A stretch of DNA of 64,000 nt from Acidobacteriota bacterium. Its GTDB lineage: Bacteria > Acidobacteriota > Thermoanaerobaculia > Gp7-AA8. A program made the position numbers and the translations under genes. Below, piece by piece: positions 19,399 through 28,789 of the stretch. Each line of letters starts with the position of its first letter. Position 1 is the first letter of the stretch. The notes below the pieces were generated by a model, which was given only the letters and a program-made list of their open reading frames with translations, was not told the DNA's origin and did not search any database. The stretch is from assembly GCA_019244185.1 (NCBI GenBank), contig JAFATB010000025.1, positions 224,001 to 288,000 on the forward strand. The letters are read 5' to 3'.

Positions 19399-20517
19399 AT
19401 GAGAAAGGTTCTTCATATCGACATGGACGCGTTCTACGCCTCCGTAGAACAGCGTGACGATCCTTCGCTGAAGGGCAAGCCGGTCATCGTCGGCTGGGCG
19501 GGAGAGCGGAGCGTCGTCTGCGCGGCGTCGTACGAGGCGCGCAAGTTCGGCGTGCATTCGGCGATGCCGGCCTCGCGCGCGAAACGCCTCTGCCCCGAAG
19601 CTGTCTGGCGGCATCCTGACTTCGAGCGCTATCGCGCGGTGTCGCAGCAGATCCGCGCGATCTTCGAACGCCATACGCCGCTCGTCGAGCCGCTCTCGCT
19701 CGACGAGGCGTATCTCGACGTCACGCACGAGCTGACCGGCATCCCCACCGCGACCGAGGCCGCGGAAATGATCCGCCGCGAGATCCGCGACGAGACGCAT
19801 CTCACCGCCTCCGCCGGCGTCGCGCCGAACAAGTTCCTCGCGAAGATCGCCTCCGACTGGCGCAAGCCCGACGGCATCTTCGTCATCCGCCCGCATCAGG
19901 TCGAGCGCTTCCTCGTCACTCTGCCCGTGCGCAAGATCCCCGGCGTCGGCAAAGCGACCGAAGCCGTGTTGCGCGAGATGGGCATCGTCACCGTCGGCGA
20001 CCTGCAGCGCTTCGAGCAGCCGGAGCTCGTGCAGCATTTCGGCAAGTGGGGCACGCGCCTCTGGGAGCTCGCACGCGGCATCGACGAGAGTCCGGTCGAG
20101 CCGTCGCGCAAACGCAAGTCGTGGTCGAGCGAGAACACGTTCGGCACCGACGTCACGCGCGCCGAAGCCGCGGAATGGATCCGCGAGCAGTGCGAGAAGT
20201 TGTGGAACGCGCTCGAACAGCGCGGCCTCCGCGGACGCACCGTCACCGTGAAGCTCCGCACGCCGCGCTTCGAGACCGCGACGCGCCAGCTCACGCCGCC
20301 GTCGCCGCCGTCATCCGCCGAAGAGATCGCGGACATCGCGGTGGCGCTGCTGGGCAAGTTTGCATTCGCCGAAGACGCGCGATTCCGCCTCGTGGGCGTG
20401 GGGGTGGGGAACTTTGATGAGGAGGAAGAGGAGGGCGGCGGCGGCGGCGAGGCCGAAGAGGCTACGTTGTTCGAAGCACCGATGAATGAAGGACGCAGAA
20501 CGCAGAACGCAGAATGA
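19399..20517 (+). CDS. dinB: DNA polymerase IV (Y-family)
   Basis: HIDMDAFYASVE, SYEARKFGVHSAMP, SLDEAYLD, NKFLAKIASDWRKPDG. Confidence 0.97.
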   Translation: MRKVLHIDMDAFYASVEQRDDPSLKGKPVIVGWAGERSVVCAASYEARKFGVHSAMPASRAKRLCPEAVWRHPDFERYRAVSQQIRAIFERHTPLVEPLSLDEAYLDVTHELTGIPTATEAAEMIRREIRDETHLTASAGVAPNKFLAKIASDWRKPDGIFVIRPHQVERFLVTLPVRKIPGVGKATEAVLREMGIVTVGDLQRFEQPELVQHFGKWGTRLWELARGIDESPVEPSRKRKSWSSENTFGTDVTRAEAAEWIREQCEKLWNALEQRGLRGRTVTVKLRTPRFETATRQLTPPSPPSSAEEIADIAVALLGKFAFAEDARFRLVGVGVGNFDEEEEEGGGGGEAEEATLFEAPMNEGRRTQNAE

Positions 20518-20595
20518 AGAAAGGGGAACGTGGCCGCCGACGGCGGCCCACCACAATTCTTCATTCTTCATTCTGCGTTCTGCGTTCTTCATTCA
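20484..20595. repeat. Second inverted heptamer-repeat hairpin overlapping the dinB stop
   Basis: gaatgaa-ggacgca-gaacgca-gaacgca-gaatgaa ... ttcttcattcttcattctgcgttctgcgttcttcattc with internal GCCGCCG-a-CGGCGGC palindrome. Confidence 0.9.
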
Positions 20596-20621
20596 GCTTC
20601 TCCTCTACAATGCCCGCCGCC

Positions 20622-21611
20622 ATGACCACCGCCAGCTCCCGTACTCCCATCACCGTCGCGCAATTCGGCATCGGTCCCATCGGCGCCGAGATCGCGCGCC
20701 TGCTGTTTTCGAAGCCGTGGATCCACGTCGTTGCCGCCGTCGACATCGATCCGGAGAAGATCGGGAAAGATATCGGCGACGTGATCGGACTCGGCCGAAA
20801 GACGGGCGTCGTCGTCACGCGCGAGCTCGACGTGAAGGCCGACGTCGTCTGCCACTCCACCGGCTCGCGCCTGCGCGATGTCGCGTCGCAGCTGAAGATG
20901 CTGCTCGCGCGCGGCTCGCACGTCGTCTCGACCTGCGAGGAGCTTTCGTTCCCGCTCGACGCGGAGATCCGCGAGGAGCTGCAACAGACCGCGCGCGCGA
21001 ACAACGTCGCCATCCTCGGCACCGGCGTCAATCCCGGCTTCGTCATGGACAAGCTGCCGCTCACGATCACCGCCGTCTGCCAGGAAGTGCGCTCCGTCGA
21101 GATCATCCGCATCCAGAACGCGTCCACGCGCCGCGAGCCGCTGCAGCGCAAAGTCGGCGCGAGCATGACCGTCGACGAGTTCCGCGCCGCCGTCGCCGCC
21201 GGCAAGATCAAGCACATGGGTCTCCGCGAGTCCCTCATGCTCGTCGGCAACGGCCTCGGCGTCGAGTTCGACAGCGTCACCGACGAAGTCATCGAGCCGA
21301 TCGTCGCCGACCGCGAGATCGTGACGCAGTACCTGAAGGTCGCGCCGGGCCAGGTCGCCGGCGTGCACCAGACCATCTACGGCAAGGGCCGCATCGACGT
21401 GTCGCTCGAGCTGCGCATGTACGTCGGCGCGGAAGACGTCGCGGCCGATCGCGTGATCGTGCACGGCGTGCCCGACATCGAGCTCGAGGTGAAAGGCGGC
21501 ATTCACGGCGACCGCGCCACCGCGGCCATGGTCGTCAACTGCATCCCGCGCATCATGCAGGCGCGCGTGGGCGTGCTGACGATGGACGACGTCGGCGTCA
21601 GCTTCCGTTGA
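20622..21611 (+). CDS. Dihydrodipicolinate reductase-like / 2,4-diaminopentanoate dehydrogenase-like NAD(P) oxidoreductase
   Basis: GIGPIG Rossmann motif, STCEELSFP, GTGVNPGFVMD, GDRATAA. Confidence 0.85.
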   Translation: MTTASSRTPITVAQFGIGPIGAEIARLLFSKPWIHVVAAVDIDPEKIGKDIGDVIGLGRKTGVVVTRELDVKADVVCHSTGSRLRDVASQLKMLLARGSHVVSTCEELSFPLDAEIREELQQTARANNVAILGTGVNPGFVMDKLPLTITAVCQEVRSVEIIRIQNASTRREPLQRKVGASMTVDEFRAAVAAGKIKHMGLRESLMLVGNGLGVEFDSVTDEVIEPIVADREIVTQYLKVAPGQVAGVHQTIYGKGRIDVSLELRMYVGAEDVAADRVIVHGVPDIELEVKGGIHGDRATAAMVVNCIPRIMQARVGVLTMDDVGVSFR

Positions 21612-21849
21612 CACGAACGCGCAGCGCGCGCCACACCAATGCGATCAGACCGAACGCGATCCAGACCACGATCCACGCTGCGCTCGCCGACTCGTGCCAG
21701 TTCCACCCGGCGAGCGTGAAGGCCCAGAGCGCGTAGACGAGCAGGAAGACGCGGCGGTGATGCGCGTCGTCGTCGACGCCGGCGGCGATGCTCGCGCCGA
21801 GGATCAGCGTGGGGACCAGACCGAGAAGCAGGTTGAGGAAGAGCGTCAA
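21598..21849 (-). CDS. Small integral membrane protein
   Basis: Three hydrophobic segments; TTG start is a guess. Confidence 0.6.
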   Translation of the reverse strand: MTLFLNLLLGLVPTLILGASIAAGVDDDAHHRRVFLLVYALWAFTLAGWNWHESASAAWIVVWIAFGLIALVWRALRVRVNGS

Positions 21850-21868
21850 CGGGCGAACAATATCCGAG

Positions 21869-22702
21869 ATGAACACGCATCGCCGCATCGCCGCCATCGT
21901 CGTGCTGCTGTTCGCGCCGCGCCTCGCGCTGGCGTGGGGAAACTTCGGTCATCAGGTGATCGGCGAGCTCGCGCAGAGCCGCCTGAATCCGAAAGCCGGC
22001 GCACGCGTGCTGGCGCTGCTGCAGAGCGACGAGGACTGTCCGTCGAAGCCGGTCCTGCGCTCGATGGGCGACGTGGCCTCGCTGCCCGATGATTGGCGCC
22101 GGCCGGAAGGCGGCGAGATCACGAGCGACTGGCACTTCGTCAACATCGACATCGCGAACCCGAAGTACGTCGAGGCGCGCGACTGCCCGAGCGGGGACTG
22201 CGTCGTGCGTCGCATCGACCGCATGATGGCCGTCCTGCGCGACAAGACGCGCAGCACGTGCGAGCAGAAGGACGCGCTGATTTATCTGATTCACTTCGTC
22301 GGCGACATCCATCAGCCGCTGCACACCGGCTTCGGCCACATGGCCAACGGCGATCCCGACCGCGGCGGCAATCTCGTGAAGGTCACGCTCGACGGGCAGG
22401 AGACGAATCTCCATTCGGCGTGGGACACGGGTCTCATCCGCCGCCAGCAATGCTCGCTCGCGGAGTGGCTGCGCCATCTGCGCGCGGACGTCGTCCCGAC
22501 GCTCACCGCGGCGCAGCGCAACGATCTCGACGCCGTGCATTGGGCGAACGAGTCGCACGGCGAGGCCATTCGCGCGCACGTCGCGGACAAGACCACGCTC
22601 CGCGACACGTACATCAAGACCGCGAACGCGATCATCGAGAAGCGGCTCGCGCTCGCGGCGGTGCGGCTCGCGAACGTGCTCGACGAATTACTAGGGAAAT
22701 AG
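21869..22702 (+). CDS. S1/P1 nuclease (secreted)
   Basis: Signal peptide ending ALA-WGNFGH, WHFVN, HFVGDIHQPLH, DRGGN, NLHSAWD. Confidence 0.95.
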   Translation: MNTHRRIAAIVVLLFAPRLALAWGNFGHQVIGELAQSRLNPKAGARVLALLQSDEDCPSKPVLRSMGDVASLPDDWRRPEGGEITSDWHFVNIDIANPKYVEARDCPSGDCVVRRIDRMMAVLRDKTRSTCEQKDALIYLIHFVGDIHQPLHTGFGHMANGDPDRGGNLVKVTLDGQETNLHSAWDTGLIRRQQCSLAEWLRHLRADVVPTLTAAQRNDLDAVHWANESHGEAIRAHVADKTTLRDTYIKTANAIIEKRLALAAVRLANVLDELLGK

Positions 22703-22715
22703 TTGCCGGCGCGCG

Positions 22716-23642
22716 TCAGCGATAGCGCAGGTCGATGACCTTGCGCACCGCGTCCTTGGCCGCGTTGGGCAGGTTCTGCATGCGCGTGAGCACGTCGTTG
22801 AACGCGTGCGACTCGCCGCCGTGCTTGAAGCATTCGCCGCAGCGCGGCAGGTTCGTGAAGTCGCGGCGCTCGAACGCGGCCTGCATCTCGGCGAAGCGCG
22901 GACTGTCGAGAATCTCGCGCAGCGTCTGGGTCTTGAGGTCGCCGAGGATTTGATCGCCGTGCGCGTCGTAGCAGCAGTGCGTCACGCGGCCGTCGGCGAA
23001 GACGACCACCCACGTGAAGAACGCGCCCTGCACGCAGCCGAAGAACGTGCCGTGCAGGTCGGTTTCCTCGTTGACGTCGAGCGGCTCGCAGGTCTTCTCG
23101 ATCACGCGCGCGTTGCGGAACTGCTTGAGATCGAACAGAGCGCGGAAGTCGTCGACGGTTTCGTCGACCGTGAGGCGCGAGCGCATCTTCTGGATCTCGA
23201 TGCGCAGCGGCGCGCCCTTGGCCTGCACGAGGAACTTGCGCGTGAGGTCGACGAGCTTCTCGAAGTCGCCGCCGGTGCGCAGCTGCGGATAGACCTTCGG
23301 ATCGATCGAGTCGACGCAGATGCGGATGCGGCGCAGCGGCGAGGCGAGCAGCTTCGCGCCGACCTCCGGCGTCAGCACCAGCCCATTCGTCGACAAGCTC
23401 GCCTCGGGGAACAAACGAATCGCATCATCGATGCGCGGGTAAAGCAGCGGCTCCCCCATCTCGTGCAGCCACTTGAGGCGCAGGCCGAGGCCGTGGATCT
23501 CGCGTTCGGCCTTCTCGACGAGCGGCCAGGGCATGTCCTCGTACGGACGGCGCAGCACCGGCAGCGGGCACATGCCGCAGCGCAGGTTGCACTTGGAGGT
23601 GAGCTCGAGGCCGACCTTGATGCGTGAGGGAGAGAACTTCAT
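22716..23642 (-). CDS. Radical SAM/SPASM domain protein
   Basis: CNLRCGMC, MGEPLL, C-terminal C...DGRVTHCCYD...CGEC. Confidence 0.9.
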   Translation of the reverse strand: MKFSPSRIKVGLELTSKCNLRCGMCPLPVLRRPYEDMPWPLVEKAEREIHGLGLRLKWLHEMGEPLLYPRIDDAIRLFPEASLSTNGLVLTPEVGAKLLASPLRRIRICVDSIDPKVYPQLRTGGDFEKLVDLTRKFLVQAKGAPLRIEIQKMRSRLTVDETVDDFRALFDLKQFRNARVIEKTCEPLDVNEETDLHGTFFGCVQGAFFTWVVVFADGRVTHCCYDAHGDQILGDLKTQTLREILDSPRFAEMQAAFERRDFTNLPRCGECFKHGGESHAFNDVLTRMQNLPNAAKDAVRKVIDLRYR

Positions 23643-23650
23643 GAGAGGAC

Positions 23651-23749
23651 GGATGAAGGCAGAAGGCAGAAGGCAGGAGGCAGAACGATGACCGCCGCAG
23701 GCGCACCGCACTTCTGCCTTCTGCCTTCTGCCTTCTGCCCTCTGCCTTC
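23651..23749. repeat. Third inverted heptamer-repeat hairpin (GAAGGCA units)
   Basis: gaaggca repeats followed by reverse-complement ttctgcc repeats in the intergenic space. Confidence 0.9.
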
Positions 23750-23754
23750 GAGGT

Positions 23755-24837
23755 TCATTTCGCGTTGACCAAGCGCTTTAGCACCGCCCCATATTCCGCC
23801 CAGGAGAATCGCCGCGCGCTCGCGGCCGCCGCGCGCTCCATCGCCTCGCGGTCGCCGCGCGCGAAAAACGCGTCGACGGCACGCGCGAGCGCGGCGGGAT
23901 CCTCGGGCGCGACGAGCATCCCGTTCACGCCTTCCTCGATGATCTCGGGCAGGCCGCCGACGCGCGTGGCGATCACGGGACGCGCGAAGTGAAACGCCGT
24001 CAGCGCGACGCCGCTCTGCGCCTCGATGCGATACGGCGCGAGCACGACGTCGCACGCGGCAAAGTACGTCGCAATCTCCGCGTCGGGGATGAAGCGGAAC
24101 TCGAGGCGGACGTTCGCGAGGCCGCGCGCGAGCTCGCGATACTCCTCCTCCCCTTTCCACCACGCCTCGCCCGCGACGACGAGCGTGACCTCCGTCTGCA
24201 GCTGACGCCACGCGCGCAGCGCGAGATCGAGTCCTTTGAACGGGCGCACGTGGCCGAAGAAAAGCGCCACGTTGCCGGAGAGTCCGAGCTGCCGCCGCGC
24301 GTCGTCGCGCGACGGAATCGCGCCGCCGAGCTCGTGCACGGGAAGGAACGTCGCCACGATCGGACGCGGCGTGCGCTTCGCGGCGTCGGCCGCCTCGCTC
24401 CGCGCGTGCACGACGAGCACGTCGCCGCGGCGCAGCACGCGATTGGTGAGGAAGCGCTTCCACGCCGCCGGCTCCTTGTCGCCGATGTTGTGACACTGCA
24501 AAACGACGCGCGTCGATTTCGGCAGAAACAGGAGCAGCGTCAGGTACGGCAGCGCCCAGACCCAGATCCACCAGACCAGGATCACCGCGTCGGGACGCTC
24601 GCGCCGCAGCAGCAGCGCGGTGCGTAGCCACGTCAGCGGATTGACGATGTCAAGGAGAAAGCGCGCGTTCGCGCGCGGCAGCGTCGGATCGACGTCGTCG
24701 CCGCCGGGATAGAGAAACTTCGGGAACTGGCGCTTGAACGAGATCACGTCGCACTGCAGCTCGCGAGCGAGTTGGGTCGTGCAGTACGCGATGCCGGCGC
24801 GATACGGAAAGACCGGCCCGATGAGAACGGTCTTCAC
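23755..24837 (-). CDS. Glycosyltransferase family 4 (GT-B)
   Basis: GPVFPYRAGIA, FFGHVRPFKG, PYRIEAQSGV, VIATRVGGLPE. Confidence 0.92.
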   Translation of the reverse strand: MKTVLIGPVFPYRAGIAYCTTQLARELQCDVISFKRQFPKFLYPGGDDVDPTLPRANARFLLDIVNPLTWLRTALLLRRERPDAVILVWWIWVWALPYLTLLLFLPKSTRVVLQCHNIGDKEPAAWKRFLTNRVLRRGDVLVVHARSEAADAAKRTPRPIVATFLPVHELGGAIPSRDDARRQLGLSGNVALFFGHVRPFKGLDLALRAWRQLQTEVTLVVAGEAWWKGEEEYRELARGLANVRLEFRFIPDAEIATYFAACDVVLAPYRIEAQSGVALTAFHFARPVIATRVGGLPEIIEEGVNGMLVAPEDPAALARAVDAFFARGDREAMERAAAASARRFSWAEYGAVLKRLVNAK

Positions 24838-25916
24838 GCCGCCGAGAGGAAGTTTACGACCGTCGACGCGAGATACGCGCCCCACGTGCGCACGTCGAAC
24901 ACGAGCGACGACGACATGAAGCAGGAGTGCGTGCAGTGGCACTCCTTCGCGCGGATGGCGCGGCGCTGCTCGTCGGCCGCGTCCGAGAACCAGAGTTGGT
25001 CCCAGTCATAGCCGGTGTCGCGCACGTTGCCGACCGCATCGCGCAGCTCGCACATGCGCACTTCGCCGCGCGCGTCGAGGACGCCCGAGACGCGCCCCGC
25101 GTGGCACGGGCGCACCTGCGTCTCCTGCTCGAGCACGGCCAGCTCCATCTTGCGCGAGTACACCTTCACGAACTTCAGGAACCCGTCGTAGTTGCGGTAG
25201 CCGCTCCAGTACTCCTCGAGCTTCGGCAGCAGCTCGCGGTAACGCTCCGTCGTGATCGGCTGGATGTTCTTGTCCGGCTGATCGCCGCGCAGCATCTCGA
25301 ACGAATGGAACGACACTTCCGAAAAATCGCGCCGGACGCCGTCGAACATTACGTCGAGATCGTCGGCGTTGTACGTGCACAGACACGTGTGCACGTTCAC
25401 GGTGAGATTCGGGTACTTCGCGCGCAGCGGCATGAGCTGCGCGTAGGTCTTCTTCGCCTTCTCGTAGTTGTTCGGCACGCCGCGGATCCAGTCGTGCTTC
25501 TCGCCGATGTGATCGATCGACAGATTGACGACGATCTGCGTGTTCGGGCAGCGCTGCAGCGTCGACTCGACCTGCCGCGCGATGAGATCGCTCGTGATCG
25601 CGCCGGTGGGGATGGTGATCTGCTTGACGTGGTTGTTCGTCGAGAGGAACTCGCACAGCTCCGGCAGATCGCGCCGCAGGAACGGCTCGCCGCCCGACAT
25701 CACGATGAAGAGCAGATCGCCCATCGACGAGAGCGTCTTCTTCAGCTCGTCGAGCGAGAGCTCGTGCTCTTTGTTCTTGCGCAGCTGTTCCCAGTTGAAG
25801 CAGGTGCGGCAGAACGAGTTGCAGTCGTAGGTCAGGCCGAGGATGAGATAGACCGGGCGCATGCCCCGCTTGTCGACGAGGTAGCGCAGGTACGGCAGCT
25901 TGTCGGAGAACTTCAT
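24834..25916 (-). CDS. Radical SAM/SPASM domain protein
   Basis: CNSFCRTC, SGGEPFLR, C-terminal PCHAG...MCE...CHCTHSC. Confidence 0.92.
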   Translation of the reverse strand: MKFSDKLPYLRYLVDKRGMRPVYLILGLTYDCNSFCRTCFNWEQLRKNKEHELSLDELKKTLSSMGDLLFIVMSGGEPFLRRDLPELCEFLSTNNHVKQITIPTGAITSDLIARQVESTLQRCPNTQIVVNLSIDHIGEKHDWIRGVPNNYEKAKKTYAQLMPLRAKYPNLTVNVHTCLCTYNADDLDVMFDGVRRDFSEVSFHSFEMLRGDQPDKNIQPITTERYRELLPKLEEYWSGYRNYDGFLKFVKVYSRKMELAVLEQETQVRPCHAGRVSGVLDARGEVRMCELRDAVGNVRDTGYDWDQLWFSDAADEQRRAIRAKECHCTHSCFMSSSLVFDVRTWGAYLASTVVNFLSAA

Positions 25917-25960
25917 CGCGCGTCCGTGTCGCTCAACCTGTGGTAAGTGTAGGCAATTCC

Positions 25961-26494
25961 ATGCGTAAGCTCATCGCATATCTCGCCATCAGCGCCGACG
26001 GATTCATCGCCCGCGCGGACCACGACGTGGCATGGCTGCCGTCGCCGGAAGGCGATCAGGACTATGGCATCCGCACGTTCTACGATTCGATCGACGCCGT
26101 GGTCATGGGGCGCGCGACGTGGGAAGTCGGACGCAAGCTCGGCCAGGAGTTCTATCCCGGCCGCAAGAACTACGTCGTCTCGCGCACCGCGGAGTCGACC
26201 GAACACGTCGAAGTCGTCCGCGATCTCGACGCGCTCGTCGCGAAGTTCCGGTCCGAGCCGGGCAAAGACATCTGGATCGTCGGCGGCGCGCAAGTCTTCG
26301 GCGCGCTGGCCGACATGGGCGAGCTCGACGAGTTGCAGATGCACATCGTCCCGACGCTGATCGGCGACGGCATTCCGCTGCTCGCGCCGCGCATCCGCCA
26401 GATTGCGATGGAGCTCATCGACTCGAAGTCGTATCCCGACGGCGTCGTCCAAGTGCGCTACCGGCTCCCGCGACGATCCCCAGCCAGTACGTGA
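25961..26494 (+). CDS. Dihydrofolate reductase/RibD C-terminal family protein
   Basis: AISADGFIA, VMGRATWE, IWIVGGA, PTLIGDGIPL. Confidence 0.9.
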   Translation: MRKLIAYLAISADGFIARADHDVAWLPSPEGDQDYGIRTFYDSIDAVVMGRATWEVGRKLGQEFYPGRKNYVVSRTAESTEHVEVVRDLDALVAKFRSEPGKDIWIVGGAQVFGALADMGELDELQMHIVPTLIGDGIPLLAPRIRQIAMELIDSKSYPDGVVQVRYRLPRRSPAST

Positions 26495-27377
26495 GATGGT
26501 GCGCCGCGAACGCGAGCGGCAGCAGCGGCCACCAGCGCATCGGCAGCCGCGTTGCGCGCGCGCCGAGCACGAACGTCAGCGCGTAATACGGCAGCGCGGC
26601 CAGCGGCGCGAGCACAATCGCGAGGAACCCCGCGACGAGGAACGCCGCGATTTTCGGATTGCGGCGATGCGCGCGCGAGCCGCCGACGAGCAGCTGTCCC
26701 GTCTTCACGCGATAGCGCCAGCGCTGGCGTAAGTACGGGCCGGGAAACGCGCGGCGGCGATGCACGACGCGCACGTGCTCGCTGTAGACGACGCGGCCGC
26801 GTTCCATCAGCGTCTCGATGAGACGCGTGTCTTCGCCGATGTAGCCGATCGACTCGTCGAAGCCGGTGAATGCGCTTCTGCGCACGAAGAGATTCACCAG
26901 CGCGACATCGCTCGCATGACGTACATCGAACACGCCTCGGCGGTTCTCGTGCGCCGCGACGCCGCTTCCGATCCACCGCGCGGCGAGCAGCGTATCGGCG
27001 ACGAGCTCGGCCTCGGACGAATCCTCCGGAGCCGGATCGGGGCCGCCGACGGCGAGCACGTCCGGATGCGCGTCGAGGTACGCGCAGGCGTTCGCGAGCC
27101 AGCGCGGATCGGCGCGCGCATCGTCGTCGAGGAACGCCAGCACCTCCCCTGCCGCGATGGAAGCCGCTCGATTTCTTCGAGTTGCGGGATTACGATCCGG
27201 CTCGACGACGTTTCGTACGCGGGTTTCCGGCAGCAATTCCTGCGACAGTTCCAATGGCGCGGCCGAGACCACAATCAGCTCGAACGGGAACGGCGCTTCC
27301 TGACGCAATACCGAGTCGATGGCGCGCTCCGCGTCGCCGCCGACCCGCTCGACCGGCAGGATCACACTGACTTTCAT
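26415..27377 (-). CDS. Glycosyltransferase family 2 with C-terminal TM helices
   Basis: MKVSVILP, RNRAASIAAGEVLAFLDDD, GFDESIGYIGED, VVHRRR. Confidence 0.88.
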   Translation of the reverse strand: MKVSVILPVERVGGDAERAIDSVLRQEAPFPFELIVVSAAPLELSQELLPETRVRNVVEPDRNPATRRNRAASIAAGEVLAFLDDDARADPRWLANACAYLDAHPDVLAVGGPDPAPEDSSEAELVADTLLAARWIGSGVAAHENRRGVFDVRHASDVALVNLFVRRSAFTGFDESIGYIGEDTRLIETLMERGRVVYSEHVRVVHRRRAFPGPYLRQRWRYRVKTGQLLVGGSRAHRRNPKIAAFLVAGFLAIVLAPLAALPYYALTFVLGARATRLPMRWWPLLPLAFAAHHLTYWLGIVAGAGSALGRRRRDTTSSR

Positions 27378-27380
27378 CGC

Positions 27381-28778
27381 ATGAAGCTCATCATCCAGAT
27401 CCCCGCCTTCAACGAGGAGGCGACGATCGCGCAGGCTCTGCGCGACCTTCCGAAGAAGCTCGACGGCATCACCGCCATCGAGACGCTCGTCATCGACGAC
27501 GGCTCGTCCGACAAGACCGTCGACGCCGCGCGCAAAGCGGGCGCAAATCATATCCTCCAGCTCAAGACGCACCGCGGCCTCTCCGCGGCATTCGTCGCCG
27601 GCATCGACGCCGCGCTGCGCCTCGGCGCGGACATCATCGTCAACACCGACGCCGACAATCAGTACGCGGCCAGCGACCTCGCGCGCCTCGTCACGCCGAT
27701 CGTCAAAGGCGCGGCCGAAGTCGTGATCGGCGACCGCCAGGTCGCGCAGTCGCCGCACATGTCCGCGCTCAAGAAAGCCTTGCAGCGCCTCGGCAGCTGG
27801 GCGGTCGGCAAGGCCTCGGGGCTTTCCGTCGGCGACGTCACCAGCGGCTTCCGCGCGTTCTCGCGCGACGCGGCGATGCAGATCAACGTCTTCAATCCGT
27901 TCACCTACACGCTCGAGACGGTCATCCAGGCCGGCAACCGCAACCTCGGCGTGCAGAGCGTGGCCGTGCGCACGAACGCGCCGACGCGGCCGTCGCGGCT
28001 TTATCGCGGCATGGGGACGTATCTGCGCAAGTCGATCGCGACCATCTTTCGCATCTATACCGTTTATCGGCCACTGAAGACGTTCTTCGCCATCGGCTCG
28101 CTGCTGATGCTCTGCGGCGTCGCACTCGGCGCGCGCTTCCTCGTCTACTTCGCCGAAGGCGATCGCGGCGGCCACGTGCAATCGCTCATCCTCGCGGCGG
28201 TGTTTCTCGTCACCGGCTTTCAGACGTGGCTCATCGCGCTGCTCGCCGATCTCGTGGCCGTGAATCGCAGGCTGACGGAGGACGTGCTCATTCGCGTGAA
28301 ACGCCTCGAGTCGCCGGAACGCGCGACGCGCCGCGATGCGCGTCCGCAGCAGCAGCAACCGCGTGAGCAACAACCGCGCGAGCAGCAACCGCCGCGCGAG
28401 CAACAGCAGCAGCCGCAACGCGACGCGCGTCCGCCGCGACCGCAACGCGAGCCGCGCCGCGAGGCGCCGGCCGCAGCGGCCGCGGAAGCGCAGCCCGCGC
28501 AGGCGCCGACGCAGTGGGTGTGGCTGCTCGACGAGGAGAAGCTCAACGAGCGCGCGAAAGGCGCGTCCGCATCCGCGCCGCCCGCGCCGTCCGCCTCACC
28601 CGCGCCGCCGGCGGAAACCGCCGCGCGCGAGGACGAGGACGACGATGCCGGTGCCGGCGACGACACCGCGCCGTCGCCGAACCCGCGCCGCCGCCGCAGA
28701 CGCCGCGGCGGTGCCCGGCAGCATACGGAACAGCTGCCGGGCAACCGCGGGAAACATCTCGCGGGCGAAGAAGAGTAG
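27381..28778 (+). CDS. Glycosyltransferase family 2 (DPM1-like) with two TM helices and long disordered C-terminal tail
   Basis: IPAFNEE, IDDGSSD, NTDADNQY, DVTSGFRAFSR; Q/R/P-rich and poly-Arg tail. Confidence 0.92.
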   Translation: MKLIIQIPAFNEEATIAQALRDLPKKLDGITAIETLVIDDGSSDKTVDAARKAGANHILQLKTHRGLSAAFVAGIDAALRLGADIIVNTDADNQYAASDLARLVTPIVKGAAEVVIGDRQVAQSPHMSALKKALQRLGSWAVGKASGLSVGDVTSGFRAFSRDAAMQINVFNPFTYTLETVIQAGNRNLGVQSVAVRTNAPTRPSRLYRGMGTYLRKSIATIFRIYTVYRPLKTFFAIGSLLMLCGVALGARFLVYFAEGDRGGHVQSLILAAVFLVTGFQTWLIALLADLVAVNRRLTEDVLIRVKRLESPERATRRDARPQQQQPREQQPREQQPPREQQQQPQRDARPPRPQREPRREAPAAAAAEAQPAQAPTQWVWLLDEEKLNERAKGASASAPPAPSASPAPPAETAAREDEDDDAGAGDDTAPSPNPRRRRRRRGGARQHTEQLPGNRGKHLAGEEE

Positions 28779-28789
28779 CGGCGCTACTC
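28773..28789. terminator. Short hairpin between convergent genes containing both stops
   Basis: GAGTAGC-ggc-GCTACTC. Confidence 0.4.

Noticed and set aside
19305-23749. Heptamer arrays as CRISPR repeats
   Set aside because: Units are 7 bp, tandem and inverted, without unique spacers between repeats; no cas genes
26760-27380. Long N-terminal extensions making the two GT2 genes overlap
   Set aside because: The extensions are antisense to the partner gene; both GT2 folds begin at the ATGs at 27377 and 27381
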